Shown here in pieces: positions 19,403-32,000 of a stretch of 64,000 nt of DNA (positions within the stretch are counted from its first letter, which is position 1; each line of letters starts with the position of its first letter). Made by a program: the position numbers and the translations under genes. Source of the stretch: Myxococcota bacterium (lineage in GTDB: Bacteria; Myxococcota_A; UBA796; SXON01). The notes under the pieces were generated by a model. That model was not told where the DNA came from. It did not search any database and was given only the letters and a program-made list of their open reading frames with translations. Location of the stretch: NCBI GenBank assembly GCA_040386535.1, contig JAZKFH010000013.1, positions 450,817 through 514,816 on the forward strand, in the 5' to 3' direction.

Positions 19403-19717
19403 CTACCGACAGACCCCGTCGCACACGGACAGGTCGGGCGCCGCGTCACACGGCGCCTCCGCGTAGGTCGTGAGGCAGTCGTCCGCGGCCGCGGCGTCGA
19501 AGGTCTCGCAGGCGAGCGCGCCCTGGTCGGCGAGCGCGCCGGTGCTGGCGTCGAGCGCGGCGAGGCAGCCCGCTTCGTCGGCGTAGCCGGCGTCCGCGAG
19601 GGTATCGCAAGTGGTGTGGCGTGCGCAGATCGCGGCGGCGCGGTCATCCAGGAAGGCGTTCACCTCGGCGGACCGGCACGCGACCAGCAACCCCGCGAGT
19701 GCCCACCGCGGGCGCAT
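19403..19717 (-). CDS. Small Cys-rich lipoprotein (paralogue 2)
   Basis: MRPRWALAGLLVAC lipobox; 8 further Cys; start overlaps the upstream stop (TGATG). Confidence 0.7.
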   Translation of the reverse strand: MRPRWALAGLLVACRSAEVNAFLDDRAAAICARHTTCDTLADAGYADEAGCLAALDASTGALADQGALACETFDAAAADDCLTTYAEAPCDAAPDLSVCDGVCR

Positions 19718-20021
19718 CAGCCGCAGACCAGGCAGGCCGTGGAGAAGTCGGCCGCGCAGTCCTCGGCGGCGATCGCGTCGCGGTACGCCGCGAGGCACGC
19801 GGACATGGCGCCGGGGTCGTAGTCCGGGCAATCGGCGTCGTCATACGGTTGCGAGGCCGACGCGGTCTCGCATTCGCCGACGCTGGCGAAGCCCACGCTG
19901 TCGAGCTCTCCGCACGTGTCGAGCCACCCGCAATGGAGCTCGCCGCGGCTCACCTGGCCCTCGGTGTACCCCATGCAGCCGAGCAGCCCGAGGAGCAGCC
20001 CCGCGCGGAGTCCGGAGAGGA

Positions 20022-20025
<4 letters not shown>
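19717..20025 (-). CDS. Small Cys-rich lipoprotein (paralogue 1)
   Basis: LLGLLGC lipobox; 8 further Cys with spacing similar to the neighbour; overlaps the ivd stop. Confidence 0.7.
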
Positions 20026-21173
<1,148 letters not shown>

Positions 21174-21324
21174 GGGTACCTCCGGAAGGCCCGCACCCTA
21201 ATCCAAAACCGTCCGGACCGCGCGCCTCTCGCCGTGCCATATGCGGGGAAACCCGTACATGGCCATGACCCACCGCGGCGAGCGCGTGTGGAACCGCGTC
21301 GCGCACGGCGCGTTAAATGGGCGG

Positions 21325-23910
21325 ATGCCGAAGAAGCTGCTCCTCGTCGATGCGCCGAACCACGCCTTCCGCGCCTACCACGCCATCCAGTCCGACATGC
21401 GTGCGCCCGACGGGTTCCCGACGCGCTGCCTGTACGGCTTCAGTCGCATGCTGCTGGCGCTCGTGCGCGACCATCAGCCCGACTACGTCGCGTTCGTCTT
21501 CGATGTCGGCAAGAGCTTCCGCAACGCGCTCTACCCCGACTACAAGGGCCAGCGGCCCGACATGCCGGCGGATCTGCGCGAGCAGTGGGGCGAGCTCCGC
21601 CCGCTGATCGAGGCCTTCGGCTTCTACGTCCTCGCCGAGCCCAACACCGAGGCGGACGATGTCATCGGCACGCTCGCGTGCCGCCTCGCCTCGGATGACC
21701 TGCACGTCGGGATCGTGAGCAGCGACAAGGACTTCGGCCAAATCGTCGACGATCGCATCCACCTCCTCGATCTGATGAAGGGCGTGGACTACGGCCCCAA
21801 GGAGATCCAGGAGAAGTGGGGCGTCGGGCCCGACCGCATTATCGATCTGCTCTCGTTGATGGGGGACACCTCCGACAACGTGCCCGGCGTGCCCGGCGTC
21901 GGCGAGAAGAAGGCCGCCCAGTTCATCCAGAAGTACGGCGATCTGGAGGGCGTGCTCGCCAACACGGCCGCGATCGGCGGCAAGACCGGGCAGTGCATCG
22001 CCGACAACGCCGACGTCGTGCGGCTCGCGCGCCAGCTCGTCACCATCGAGAAGAACCTGCCGGTGGCGGTGACGCTCGAGGATCTCGCCCCCCGCCCGCG
22101 AGACGACCTGGCGCTGCGCGAGAAGCTCGGCCGCTGGAACTTCAAGACCCTCCTCACCGATCTCGGGCTCGGCGCCCCGCCGCCCGTGCGGCTCGGCTCC
22201 GGGGACGGCTGGTTCGAGGTCGCGTGCCCCGCGGTCTGGGGCCCGGGGCCGCTCGCCGACCTGGATCGTCGCCTCCGCGTGGCCGGCCGCTTCTCCATCG
22301 CGGTCGAGACCAGCGGGCCCGACTTCCTCGTCGACGTGCCGACGCGCATCACCTTCGGGTTCACCGAGGGCGGGCATCCCACGCTCGCGCGCGTCCCCAT
22401 CGACAACGCGTCGCTCGCCGCCCTCCGCCCGATCCTCGGCGATCCGACGCTGGAGAAGACCGGCTACGACCTGAAGCAGGCGACCAAGTTCCTCGCGACC
22501 GCCGGGGCCCCGCTGCTCGGCGTCGCAGGGGACGTGATGCTGGCCGACTACCTGCTGCTCCCGGAGCAGAAGCACACCCTCGACGACCTCGGCAAGCGCT
22601 ACCTCGAGCACCCGATCTCCGGCTCGCTCGGCGAGGAGGCCCAGCTCGGCTGGGTGCTCGACAAGGTGATGCGCGAGCGGCTCGAAGAGAACGGCGTGAC
22701 CAGCGTGTACCGCGACATCGAGCTGCCGCTCGTGCCGGTGCTCGCGGACATGGAGCGCTGCGGCATCGCGGTGGACGTCGACGCGTTGACCGCCCTCTCC
22801 ACCGAGCTCGGCGCCCGGCTCGTGGAGGAGGAGAAGAACTGCCACACCCTCGCGGGGACGGAGTTCAACGTCGCCTCGACCCAGCAGCTCGCCGAGGTGC
22901 TCTTCGAGAAGCTCGGCCTCAAGGGCGGCAAGCGCACCAAGACCGGCTGGAGCACCGACGCCGACACGCTCGACAAGCTGCGCGAGGAACACCCGCTCCC
23001 CGGCGCGATCCTGGCGTGGCGCGAGCTCTCCAAGCTCAAGGGCACCTACGTCGACGCGTTGCCCCCCGCCGTCCACCCGAAGACCGGCCGCATCCACACC
23101 AACTTCCGCCAGGCGGTGGCGGCCACCGGGCGCCTCTCCTCGAACGATCCGAACCTCCAGAACATCCCCGTCCGCTCCGACGAGGGCCGTCGCATCCGCC
23201 GTTGCTTCGTCGCGGCGCCCGGGCACGTGTTCCTCTCGGCGGACTACTCGCAGGTCGAGCTGCGCGTCCTCGCGCACTACTGCCAGGAGGGCCCGCTCGT
23301 CGAGAGCTTCCGCAACGACGAGGACATCCACCGCCGCACCGCTTCCGAGATCTTCGGCGTCATGCCCGCGCTGGTGAGCCCCGAGATGCGCCGCGCCGCC
23401 AAAGCCATCAACTTCGGCATCGTCTACGGCATGGGCGCCTTCCGCCTCGCGAACGATCTGCGCATCCCCCGCAACGAGGCGCAGAGCTACATCGACGGGT
23501 ACTTCGCCCGCTATCCACAAGTGCGCGCCTACATGGACGGCGCCATCGCCCGCGCCCGCGAGAAGGGCTTCGCCGAGACCCTCTTCGGCCGCCGCCGCCC
23601 CAACCAGGGCCTCGACGCCAAGAACCCCATGGACCGCTCCGCTGCCGAGCGCATCTCCATCAACACGCCCATCCAGGGCACCGCCGCCGACCTCATCAAG
23701 CTCGCGATGGTGCGCGTCCACGCCGATCTCGTCGGCACCGGCGCCCACCTGCTCCTCCAGGTGCACGACGAGCTCGTGATCGAGGTGCCCGAGACCGACG
23801 TCGCGGCGTTGGCGGCGCGCGTGAAGGCCACGATGGAGGGCGCGGCGTCGTTGTGTGTGCCGCTCAAGGTGGACACGGGGTGGGCGCGGACGTGGGACGC
23901 GGCGCACTGA
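21325..23910 (+). CDS. polA: DNA polymerase I
   Basis: 5'-3' exonuclease motifs (EADDVIG, SSDKD, GDTSDN), TGRLSS.DPNLQNIP, ADYSQVELR, KAINFGIVYG, QVHDE. Confidence 0.97.
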   Translation: MPKKLLLVDAPNHAFRAYHAIQSDMRAPDGFPTRCLYGFSRMLLALVRDHQPDYVAFVFDVGKSFRNALYPDYKGQRPDMPADLREQWGELRPLIEAFGFYVLAEPNTEADDVIGTLACRLASDDLHVGIVSSDKDFGQIVDDRIHLLDLMKGVDYGPKEIQEKWGVGPDRIIDLLSLMGDTSDNVPGVPGVGEKKAAQFIQKYGDLEGVLANTAAIGGKTGQCIADNADVVRLARQLVTIEKNLPVAVTLEDLAPRPRDDLALREKLGRWNFKTLLTDLGLGAPPPVRLGSGDGWFEVACPAVWGPGPLADLDRRLRVAGRFSIAVETSGPDFLVDVPTRITFGFTEGGHPTLARVPIDNASLAALRPILGDPTLEKTGYDLKQATKFLATAGAPLLGVAGDVMLADYLLLPEQKHTLDDLGKRYLEHPISGSLGEEAQLGWVLDKVMRERLEENGVTSVYRDIELPLVPVLADMERCGIAVDVDALTALSTELGARLVEEEKNCHTLAGTEFNVASTQQLAEVLFEKLGLKGGKRTKTGWSTDADTLDKLREEHPLPGAILAWRELSKLKGTYVDALPPAVHPKTGRIHTNFRQAVAATGRLSSNDPNLQNIPVRSDEGRRIRRCFVAAPGHVFLSADYSQVELRVLAHYCQEGPLVESFRNDEDIHRRTASEIFGVMPALVSPEMRRAAKAINFGIVYGMGAFRLANDLRIPRNEAQSYIDGYFARYPQVRAYMDGAIARAREKGFAETLFGRRRPNQGLDAKNPMDRSAAERISINTPIQGTAADLIKLAMVRVHADLVGTGAHLLLQVHDELVIEVPETDVAALAARVKATMEGAASLCVPLKVDTGWARTWDAAH

Positions 23911-24026
23911 AGGCAGGCAGAACCAGAGCAGCAGAACAAGGGCAGACGGACCGCGCGGACGCGGCCGCTGCGGCGGCGGTTCGGGAGGGCGACCGTAGGA
24001 GCACGCCAGCGATTAGACTTGCGGTG

Positions 24027-25292
24027 ATGTCCGACCTCGCCCCCGTCTACCTCCTGTCGCTGGAGGTCGAGAACACCCGGTCCTTCGGCCCGCGGCAGCG
24101 GCTCGACCTGTCCGATGGGAACGGGAACCCGCGGATGTGGACGGTGTTGCTCGGGGACAACGGGGTTGGGAAGACGACGGTTTTGCAGGTGATTGCGCGG
24201 GCTCGGCCCTCGATGTCGCGCTCTGAGACTCGGTTCGCCCACTCCGTGCAGAGCGACGTTGAGCCGTTCACTCGTTTCTTCGATCGTGGCTCGGGATTGG
24301 GGTCGAGCTGCGCGCTTCTATTGTCCCAAGCGGGACGAAGCCCGAGTCTGTCCTGGGCGCCCATGGGAAAGGGGGCGGTGACCTTCCAGGGTGCGCCTGC
24401 GTCGCTGACGGATGCTTGCTTCCTCCTCGCCTACGGCGCCTCCCGCCGTCCTAGCGCCACCGAACTGAAGAGCTTCAGCGCTACTGACGGCACCGCCTCC
24501 CTCTTCGATCCCGCCGCCACCCTCCACAACGCCGAGGAGTGGCTCCTCCGGCTCGACTACGCCTCGTTGACCGAAGGGCGCACGGGTCCAAGCGAGAGAC
24601 GTCTTGAGCAGGTCAAGAACCTCCTGCTCGAGTTGCTTCCCGGGGTGAACAGCATCGATGTCGTTGGACCAACCGAAGGCGTCCGCGTCACGACGGCGTA
24701 CGGCGCCGTCTCAATTCGCTCCCTGAGCCTCGGCTACCAGACCATGATCGCCTGGACCGTCGACCTCGCGTATCGCATGGTCGAGCGCTACCCGGACGCC
24801 GAGGATCCGCTGGCCCAGCCCGCCATCGTGCTCGTAGACGAGATCGACCTCCATCTGCACCCGCGCTGGCAACGCTCGATCGTCCAGTTCCTGACCGACC
24901 GCTTCCCGAGAACGCAGTTCGTCGTGACCGCGCACAGCCCGCTCATCGTGCAGGCGGCCGAGAACGCCAACGTCGTGCTCCTCCGTCGCGAGGGCGATCA
25001 CGTCGTCATCGACAACACCCCGGCGCGTGTCGCGGCCTGGCGCGTCGATCAGCTCCTGACCTCCGATCTCTTCGGCCTCGACGGGCCGCGTTCACCTCGG
25101 ATCGAGGCCCTGCTCGACGAGCAGGCGCGCATCGCGGGCAAGGCGAAGCTGACAGCCAAGGACAAGGCGCGCTTGTCGGAGATCGAGGCCGCGCTCGGCA
25201 CACTCCCGACGGCCGATGACCACGACGACGAAGACGCGATGGACATCCTCCGCGATGCCGCGCGCCACCTGCGCACGACCACCGGCGCGTGA
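24027..25292 (+). CDS. ABC/SMC-like AAA ATPase, Septu PtuA-like
   Basis: Walker A GDNGVGKT, YGASR, signature LSLGY, Walker B VLVDEIDLHLHPRWQ, QFVVTAHSP. Confidence 0.85.
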   Translation: MSDLAPVYLLSLEVENTRSFGPRQRLDLSDGNGNPRMWTVLLGDNGVGKTTVLQVIARARPSMSRSETRFAHSVQSDVEPFTRFFDRGSGLGSSCALLLSQAGRSPSLSWAPMGKGAVTFQGAPASLTDACFLLAYGASRRPSATELKSFSATDGTASLFDPAATLHNAEEWLLRLDYASLTEGRTGPSERRLEQVKNLLLELLPGVNSIDVVGPTEGVRVTTAYGAVSIRSLSLGYQTMIAWTVDLAYRMVERYPDAEDPLAQPAIVLVDEIDLHLHPRWQRSIVQFLTDRFPRTQFVVTAHSPLIVQAAENANVVLLRREGDHVVIDNTPARVAAWRVDQLLTSDLFGLDGPRSPRIEALLDEQARIAGKAKLTAKDKARLSEIEAALGTLPTADDHDDEDAMDILRDAARHLRTTTGA

Positions 25293-26041
25293 TCCGCGTC
25301 ACGAAGCGGGCGGCGGCGCCCGCGATCCTGGTCAGCGAGGGGCCGGCGCGGGCAGCCGAGCACGCGGTGGAACTCTCGTCGGGTAGCGTTCCCGTTCGCT
25401 TCGAGCGGAAGCTGTACCACCACCCCGACGTGTTCCAGGCCCTCGTAGAGGACCAACACGGCAAGTGCTGTTTCTGCGAGTCGAAGTTCCTCCACGTGGC
25501 GTTTGGCGACGTCGAGCACTTCCGCCCAAAGGCGGCATGGCGCCAGACCAGGAAGGGCGCGCTCCGCCGTCCCGGCTACCACTGGCTCGCCTACACCTGG
25601 GAGAACCTCCACCTCTCCTGCGAGATCTGCAATCGGCGGGAGAAGGGGAGCCTGTTCCCGCTGCTCGCGCGGTCCAAGCGGGCGCTCTCCTCCGCGGATC
25701 CACTCGGCGCCGAGGCCCCCGCATTCCTCGATCCCGCGGCGGACGACCCCGAGGCGCACATCGGCTTCCGCGGCGTCCACCCCTTCGCCCGCGACGACAG
25801 CGCCCGGGGCAAGGCGACCATCGCCGCGATCGGGCTGCGCCGCAAGGAGCTCCGTGAGCGCCGCCTTTCCTGGTTGGCGCAGTTGACTCTGCTCCGCGAG
25901 TTGACCGAGTTGGCGCGCGCCCGGCCGAAGGATCTCGTGCTTGCAAGGCACGGCCGCAGGGCCGAGAAGGCGCTCCTCGCCGCCCAACGCAACGACGCCG
26001 AGTACGCCTCCATGGCTCGCTGCTTCCTCGCCCCCGCGTGA
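25289..26041 (+). CDS. HNH endonuclease, Septu PtuB-like
   Basis: CCFCE, VEHFRPK, WLAY.WENL.LSC..CN..KG; GTGA overlap with the ATPase. Confidence 0.85.
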   Translation: MIRVTKRAAAPAILVSEGPARAAEHAVELSSGSVPVRFERKLYHHPDVFQALVEDQHGKCCFCESKFLHVAFGDVEHFRPKAAWRQTRKGALRRPGYHWLAYTWENLHLSCEICNRREKGSLFPLLARSKRALSSADPLGAEAPAFLDPAADDPEAHIGFRGVHPFARDDSARGKATIAAIGLRRKELRERRLSWLAQLTLLRELTELARARPKDLVLARHGRRAEKALLAAQRNDAEYASMARCFLAPA

Positions 26042-26098
26042 CGAGCCGGAGTAAGTAGCCCCCGCGCTCCGACGTTCCGGAGCCGCGTGAGGGACTCG

Positions 26099-29000
26099 AT
26101 GCGCCGTTGGACACGTTGGATCGTCGGAATCGGGCTCGTGGTAGCGTGCAAGAAGCCCCCGGTCGAGGCCACCATGGAGGCCGCGGCCGCGCCGGACACG
26201 GAGGCGAAGGTGGAGTTCCAGAAGGATCCCGAGGCGCCCGGGCTGGGCCTGCGCTTGTACGAGGCGCGGCCGACCGACGGGGGCGGCGATGCCGTGCCCC
26301 TCGCCGCGTCCATCCCGCTCGATCCCGCCGCGATCACCGCGCTCCTGGCGCGCTTGCCGGCCCTCGACACCGATCCGCGCGACGCGGTCGACTTCGCCCT
26401 CCGCGACGGGCCGCAGCCGCCGCCGCGCGCGGGGACCACCGTCGACGTGCCGTTCCCGAGCGGCTCGAACGAGCCGGCGCCCGTGGTCGAGAGCGGGCCG
26501 CTCACGGTGTTGCGCCGCGCGCCCGAGGGCGACGTGCCGATGGCGCCACACCTCTCCGTCACGTTCTCGCGGCCGATGGTCGCGGTCACGTCGCAGGCCG
26601 AGGCGAGCAAGGTCGTGCCGGTGAAGCTCACGCCCGAGCCGAAGGGCCAGTGGCGCTGGCTCGGCACCAAGACGGTCGTGTTCGAGCCGGACCCGCGCTT
26701 TCCGATGGCGACGGCCTACACCGCCGAGATCCCCGCGGGCACGAAGGGGACGGACGGCGAGCCGCTCGCGGCGCCGATCACGTGGACCTTCTCGACCCCG
26801 CCGCTCTCGCTCCAGGCACACGTGCCCGGCGACGCCGGCCGGCGCCGTGGTTTGGAGGGCAACCCCCAGCCGCTCGATCCCGTGCTGTTCCTGGGCTTCG
26901 ATCAGGCGGTCGATCCCGCCGCCCTGGTGGAAAAGCTGGCCCTCCGCGGTGGGAAAGACGCGGTTGCCTTGCGCATCGCGACCGCCGAGGAGATCGCTCG
27001 CTCCAAGGAGGTCGAGGCCGCCGTCGGCCAAGCCGAGCCGGGTCGTTTTCTCGCGGTGACGCCGACGGTCCCGCTGGTCCGCGCCACGTCGTACGAGGTG
27101 GTCGTGCCCGCCGGCTCGCCCTCGGCCGAGGGCCCGCGCCTCACGACGGTCGACCAGTCCTTCTCCTTTCGCACCTACGGCGCGATGCACGCCACCGCGC
27201 CCACCTGCTGGAACGAGAAGCCGTGCCCGCCCTCGGCGCCGTGGTCGATCGCGTTCACCAACCCGATCGACCTCGATCGGTTCGACCCCGCCGCGATCAC
27301 CGTCACCCCCGCGGTGCCCGGCCTCCAGATCAACGCGGACGGAAACACCGTCTCGATCTTCGGCATGTTCGCCGGCCGCACGACCTACACGGTCAAGCTC
27401 GCGGCGGGCATCCCCGACGTGTTCGGACAAACCCTCGCCGAGGCGCGCACCTACACGGTCGACGTCGGCCCCGCCGAGCAGAGCCTCACGGGCCCGGGCG
27501 ACTCGTTCGTCACGCTCGACCCCGCCGGCCCCCCCACGCTCGCGTTCTTCACGACCAACCACAAGGCGCTGAAGGTGTCCGTCCATCGCGTCGACGCGGG
27601 GGACTGGGCGAAGTGGACCGACTGGCTCCAGAAGTACCGGTGGGAGGACAACCGCAAGGGCGTGCTCCCGGGCAAGCAGGTCTTCGCGGGCACCGTGCCG
27701 GTCGCGAGCGCGCCCGATCGCCAGGTCGAAACCGCCTTCGACATGGCCCCCTATCTTGTCGGAAAGACAGGCCAGTTCATCGTGCAGGTTGAGCCCACCG
27801 TCCAGCCCAAGGAGCGCTGGCAGCGCCAGGAGTGGCTCGCCTGGGTGCAGGTGACGAAGCTCGGGCTCACCGTGTTCCAGGACGGCAACACGCTGACCGC
27901 GTGGGCCACCGATCTGGCTGACGGCAAGCCCCGCGCGGACGTGACGGTGGAGCCGATGGGCGTCGCGAGTGGCCCCCTGACCGGGCGCACCGGCCCCGAC
28001 GGGCTCACGGAGCTCGAGATCGTCGAGGAGGTGACCGGCCTCGTGGCCCGGACCGCCGACGACACCGTGATCCTGCCTGCGAACCCGAACGGGTACGGCG
28101 GCGGCTGGTACCCGGTCGAGCGCCTCGACCAGCTCCAGTGGTTCGTGTTCGACGACAAGAACCTCTACAAGCCCGGCGAGACCGTGCACGTGCGCGGCTG
28201 GCTCCGCGTCCGGAAGCCCGGCGTCGACGGGGCGCTCACGCGCTCCAAGACCACGACCGTGCGGTGGACCGCGACGTCGAGCCAGGGCAACCCGCTGGGG
28301 GAGGGGACCGTCAAGGTCTCCGGCCTCGGCGGCTTCACCTTTGACCTTCCCATCCCGAAGACCCCGAACCTCGGCACCGCGCAGATCGTCCTGAACGCGG
28401 AGGACGGCGAGTCCGAGTACTCCGCCACGTCGTTGTCCTTCGAGATCCAGGAGTTCCGCACCCCCGAGTTCGAGGTCACCACCACCGGCGGTGACGGCGT
28501 CTACGCGCTCGGCGAGGACGCGATCGTGGACGTGTCGGCCGCCTACTACGCAGGCGGGGGGCTGCCCTCCGCACCGGTGAGCTGGGAGGTCACCTCGGCG
28601 CCGGCCACGTTCGTGCCGCCCGGCCGGAGCGAGTGGAGCTTCGGCCCGTGGTCGCCCTGGTGGCGGCACCGGGGCGGGGAAGACGTGCCGTACGTCGAGC
28701 CCGAGCTGCTCGCGGGCCTGACCGACGCGACCGGCGAGCACCACCTCGGCATCCACTTCGAGTCGCTGCGTCCGGTCCGACCGATGACCGTCACCGCCCA
28801 GGCGACCGTCATGGACGTGAACCGCCAGGCGTGGACCGCCGCGAAGAGCTTCCTCGTCCACCCCGCGAGCGTGTACATCGGCCTCAAGACGGCCAAGAGC
28901 TACGTCGAGGCGAAGAAGCCGATCGACGTGGACGCGATCCTGGTCGATCGGGAGGGGCGCGCGGTGGCCGCGACCGGCAAGGGTGACGCCGGCATCGCCC

Positions 29001-32000
29001 TGACCCTCCAGCGCCTCGTGTGGAAGCGCACGGGGAAGGGCTGGGAGGAGGTGCGCGAGCAGGCCGGCACCGCGACGATCGCGGGCGCGGGGAAGGCCAC
29101 GTTCGAGCCCCAGCTGGGCGGCAGCTACGCGATCGTCGCCACGGTCCAGGACAGCCACGGCCGCACCAACGAGACCGAGCTGCGCGTGTGGGTGTCCGGT
29201 GACCAGGTCGTGCCTGACCGCGGCGTGGCCCAGGAGCAGGTCACCCTGGTCCCGGAGAAGCAGTCCTACACGATCGGCGAGACCGCCACCGTGCTGGTGC
29301 AGGCCCCGTTCTGGCCCGCCGAGGGCGTGCTCACTGTGCGCGCGGGCGGCATCCTCGAGACGCGCGTGTTCGCGATGGACGGCGCCTCGACGACGCTCTC
29401 CATCCCCGTCACCGAGCGCCACGTCCCCGACTTCACCGTCGCCGTCGATCTCGTCGGCGCACGGGCCCGCGTGGACGATGACGGCAAGCCGCGCGCGGAT
29501 TTGCCGAAGCGGGTGGCCTTCGCGGCCGGGACCCTCACCTTCGAGGTGCCCCCCCTCTCGCGCACGCTGACCGTGGCGGTGACCCCCGTGGTCGCGCGGC
29601 TCGAGCCGGGCGGCAAGACCGCGGTCGACCTGCGCGTGACGGACGCCGCGGGCAAGCCCGTCGCCAACGCGGAGCTCGCGGTGGTCGCGGTCGACGAGGC
29701 CGTGCTCGCCCTCACCAACTACGACCTCCCCGATCCGCTCGCGGCGTTCTACGCGGCGCGCGGGGACGGCGTCGGCAGCTACCACCTCCGCCAGTGGGTC
29801 CGCCTCGTGGATCCGACCGCGCTGGTGCCGGGGACGCCGACCATGCCCAGCGGGAGCATCGGGCTCGGAGGCCTCGGCACCGTCGGGCGGGGCAGCGGTG
29901 GCGGCGGCATGGGGTACGGCGCCCGCGGCGGAGTGATGGCCGAGGAGAAGAGCGAGCTCCAGGCGGTGGCCCGTGCGGCGCCGCCGATGGAGCCCATGAT
30001 GAAGCAGGGGAGCGTCATGGCGGACGCCGTCGGCCAGGCCCCAGCGAACGCACCCGCGATCCAGGTGCGCTCGGACTTCTCGGCGGTGGCGCTCTGGTCG
30101 CCCAGCGTCGTGACCGACCGCTCCGGCGTCGCCCGGGTCACCCTCCAGGTGCCCGACTCGCTCACGCGGTACCGGGTGATGGTCGTGGCCGTGGCGGGCG
30201 ATACCCAGTTCGGGTCCGGCGAGGCCGACGTCACCGCGCGCCTCCCGCTCATGATCCGTCCGTCCGCCCCGCGGTTCCTGAACTTCGGAGACCGGGTCGA
30301 GCTCCCGGTCGTGATCCAGAACCAGACCGACACGGCGCTCACCGTCGATCTCGCGGTGCGCACGGCGAACCTCTCGCTGCTCTCCGCGCTCACCGACCCG
30401 CTCCCCACTGGGACCGCGGTTCGGAGCGGCACGGCGGGCCGCCGGGTGACCGTGCCTGCCAACGATCGTGTCGAGGTGCGCTTCCCCGCCGCCGCCGCGC
30501 GCGCCGGCACCGCGCGGATCCAGCTCGCCGCCGTGGCGGGCGCCTACGCCGATGCCGCCAACGTCGAGCTCCCCGTGTGGACGCCCGCGACCACCGAGGC
30601 CTTCGCGACGTACGGTACCTTCGACGCCGTCGGCGCCGAGCGCCTCGCGGTCTCCGCGCCCCCCGACGTGTGGCCGCAGTTCGGCGGGCTGGAGGTCACC
30701 GTGTCCTCCACCCAGCTCCAGGCGTTGACCGACGCCTTCGTGTACCTCGTGAAGTACCCGTACGACTGCAACGAGCAGATCGCGTCGCGCCTCCTCGGCG
30801 TGGCCGCCCTCCGCGACGTGCTCGGCGCCTTCGAGTCGGCGGAGCTGCCCCCGGCGGACGAGCTGCGGGCCACCGTGGCCGCGGACATCGAGCGGCTCGC
30901 CCGGCGCCAGAACCCCGACGGTGGCTGGGCCTTCTGGCGCCGCGGGGACGACGGGTGGCCGTACCTCGGCGTGCACGTCACCCACGCGCTCGTGCGGGCC
31001 AAGGCCAAGAACTACGTGGTCGAGCCGCAGAGCTACGAGCGCGCCCTCGGCTACACGCGGAACATCGAGCGCCACCTCCCGGGCTGGTACTCGAAGGAGG
31101 CGAAGTGGGCGATCCGCGCCTACGCGCTCAACGTGCTCTCGCTCGCCGCGGAGCCGAACGTCGCCAAGGCACGCGCGTTGGTGGCCGAAGCCGGCGTCGA
31201 CAAGCTCGGCGCCCAGTCGCTCGGGTGGCTGCTCCCCACGCTGGTGGACGGGAAGGCGACCAAGGAGGTCGCGGCCATCCGCGGCTGGCTCCAGAACCAC
31301 GTCACGGAGACCGCCGCCGGCGCCCACTTCGTGACCTCCTACAGTGACGGCGCGCAGGTCCTCCTGCACTCCGATCGGGTTGCGGACGGCGTGCTGCTCG
31401 AGTCCCTGCTGCGCACCGAGCCGAAGAGCGAGCTCGTCCCCAAGCTCGTCAACGGCCTGTTGGCCCACCGCAAGGCCGGGCGCTGGTCGAACACCACCGA
31501 GAACGCCCACATCCTCCTCGCGCTCGACCGCTACTTCCACGTCTACGAGGGCGTCACGCCCGCGTTCCTGGCGCGGGTGTGGCTCGGCACCGGGGTCGCC
31601 GGGGAGCGCCGGTTCGACGGGCGGAGCACCGAGCGCGCGCAGATCGACGTGCCGATGGCCTGGCTGCAGGACACCAAGGGCACGCAGGACTTGGTCGTCG
31701 GCAAGGAGGGCGCGGGGCGGCTCTACTACCGGGTGGGGATGCGCTACGCGCCGCTGGATCTCGACGCGGAGGCCGCCGACTACGGCTTCGCGGTGGAGCG
31801 TGTCTACGAGCCCATCGACGACCCCGCCGACGTGACGCGTGCTGCCGACGGCACGTGGACCGTCCGCGCCGGCGCCCGCGTGCGGGTGCGCCTCACGATG
31901 GCGACACCGATGCGCCGGTACCACGTGGCGCTCGTGGATCCGCTGCCCGCCGGCCTCGAGGTGCTCAACCCCGACCTCGCCGTGACCGGGGCCTTGCCCC

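Noticed and set aside
22280..22660. Degenerate 3'-5' exonuclease motifs in PolA (IAVET, DLKQA)
   Set aside because: Real, but loss of PolA proofreading is common in bacteria
21816..25292. 1158-aa ORF suggesting a polA-overlapping ATPase fusion
   Set aside because: The N-terminal 737 aa is an Arg-rich shadow frame of polA; the real protein starts at 24027
23911..26041. Retron (msr-msd plus RT) associated with the PtuAB-like pair
   Set aside because: No reverse transcriptase in the window and no a1/a2-type inverted repeat next to the pair
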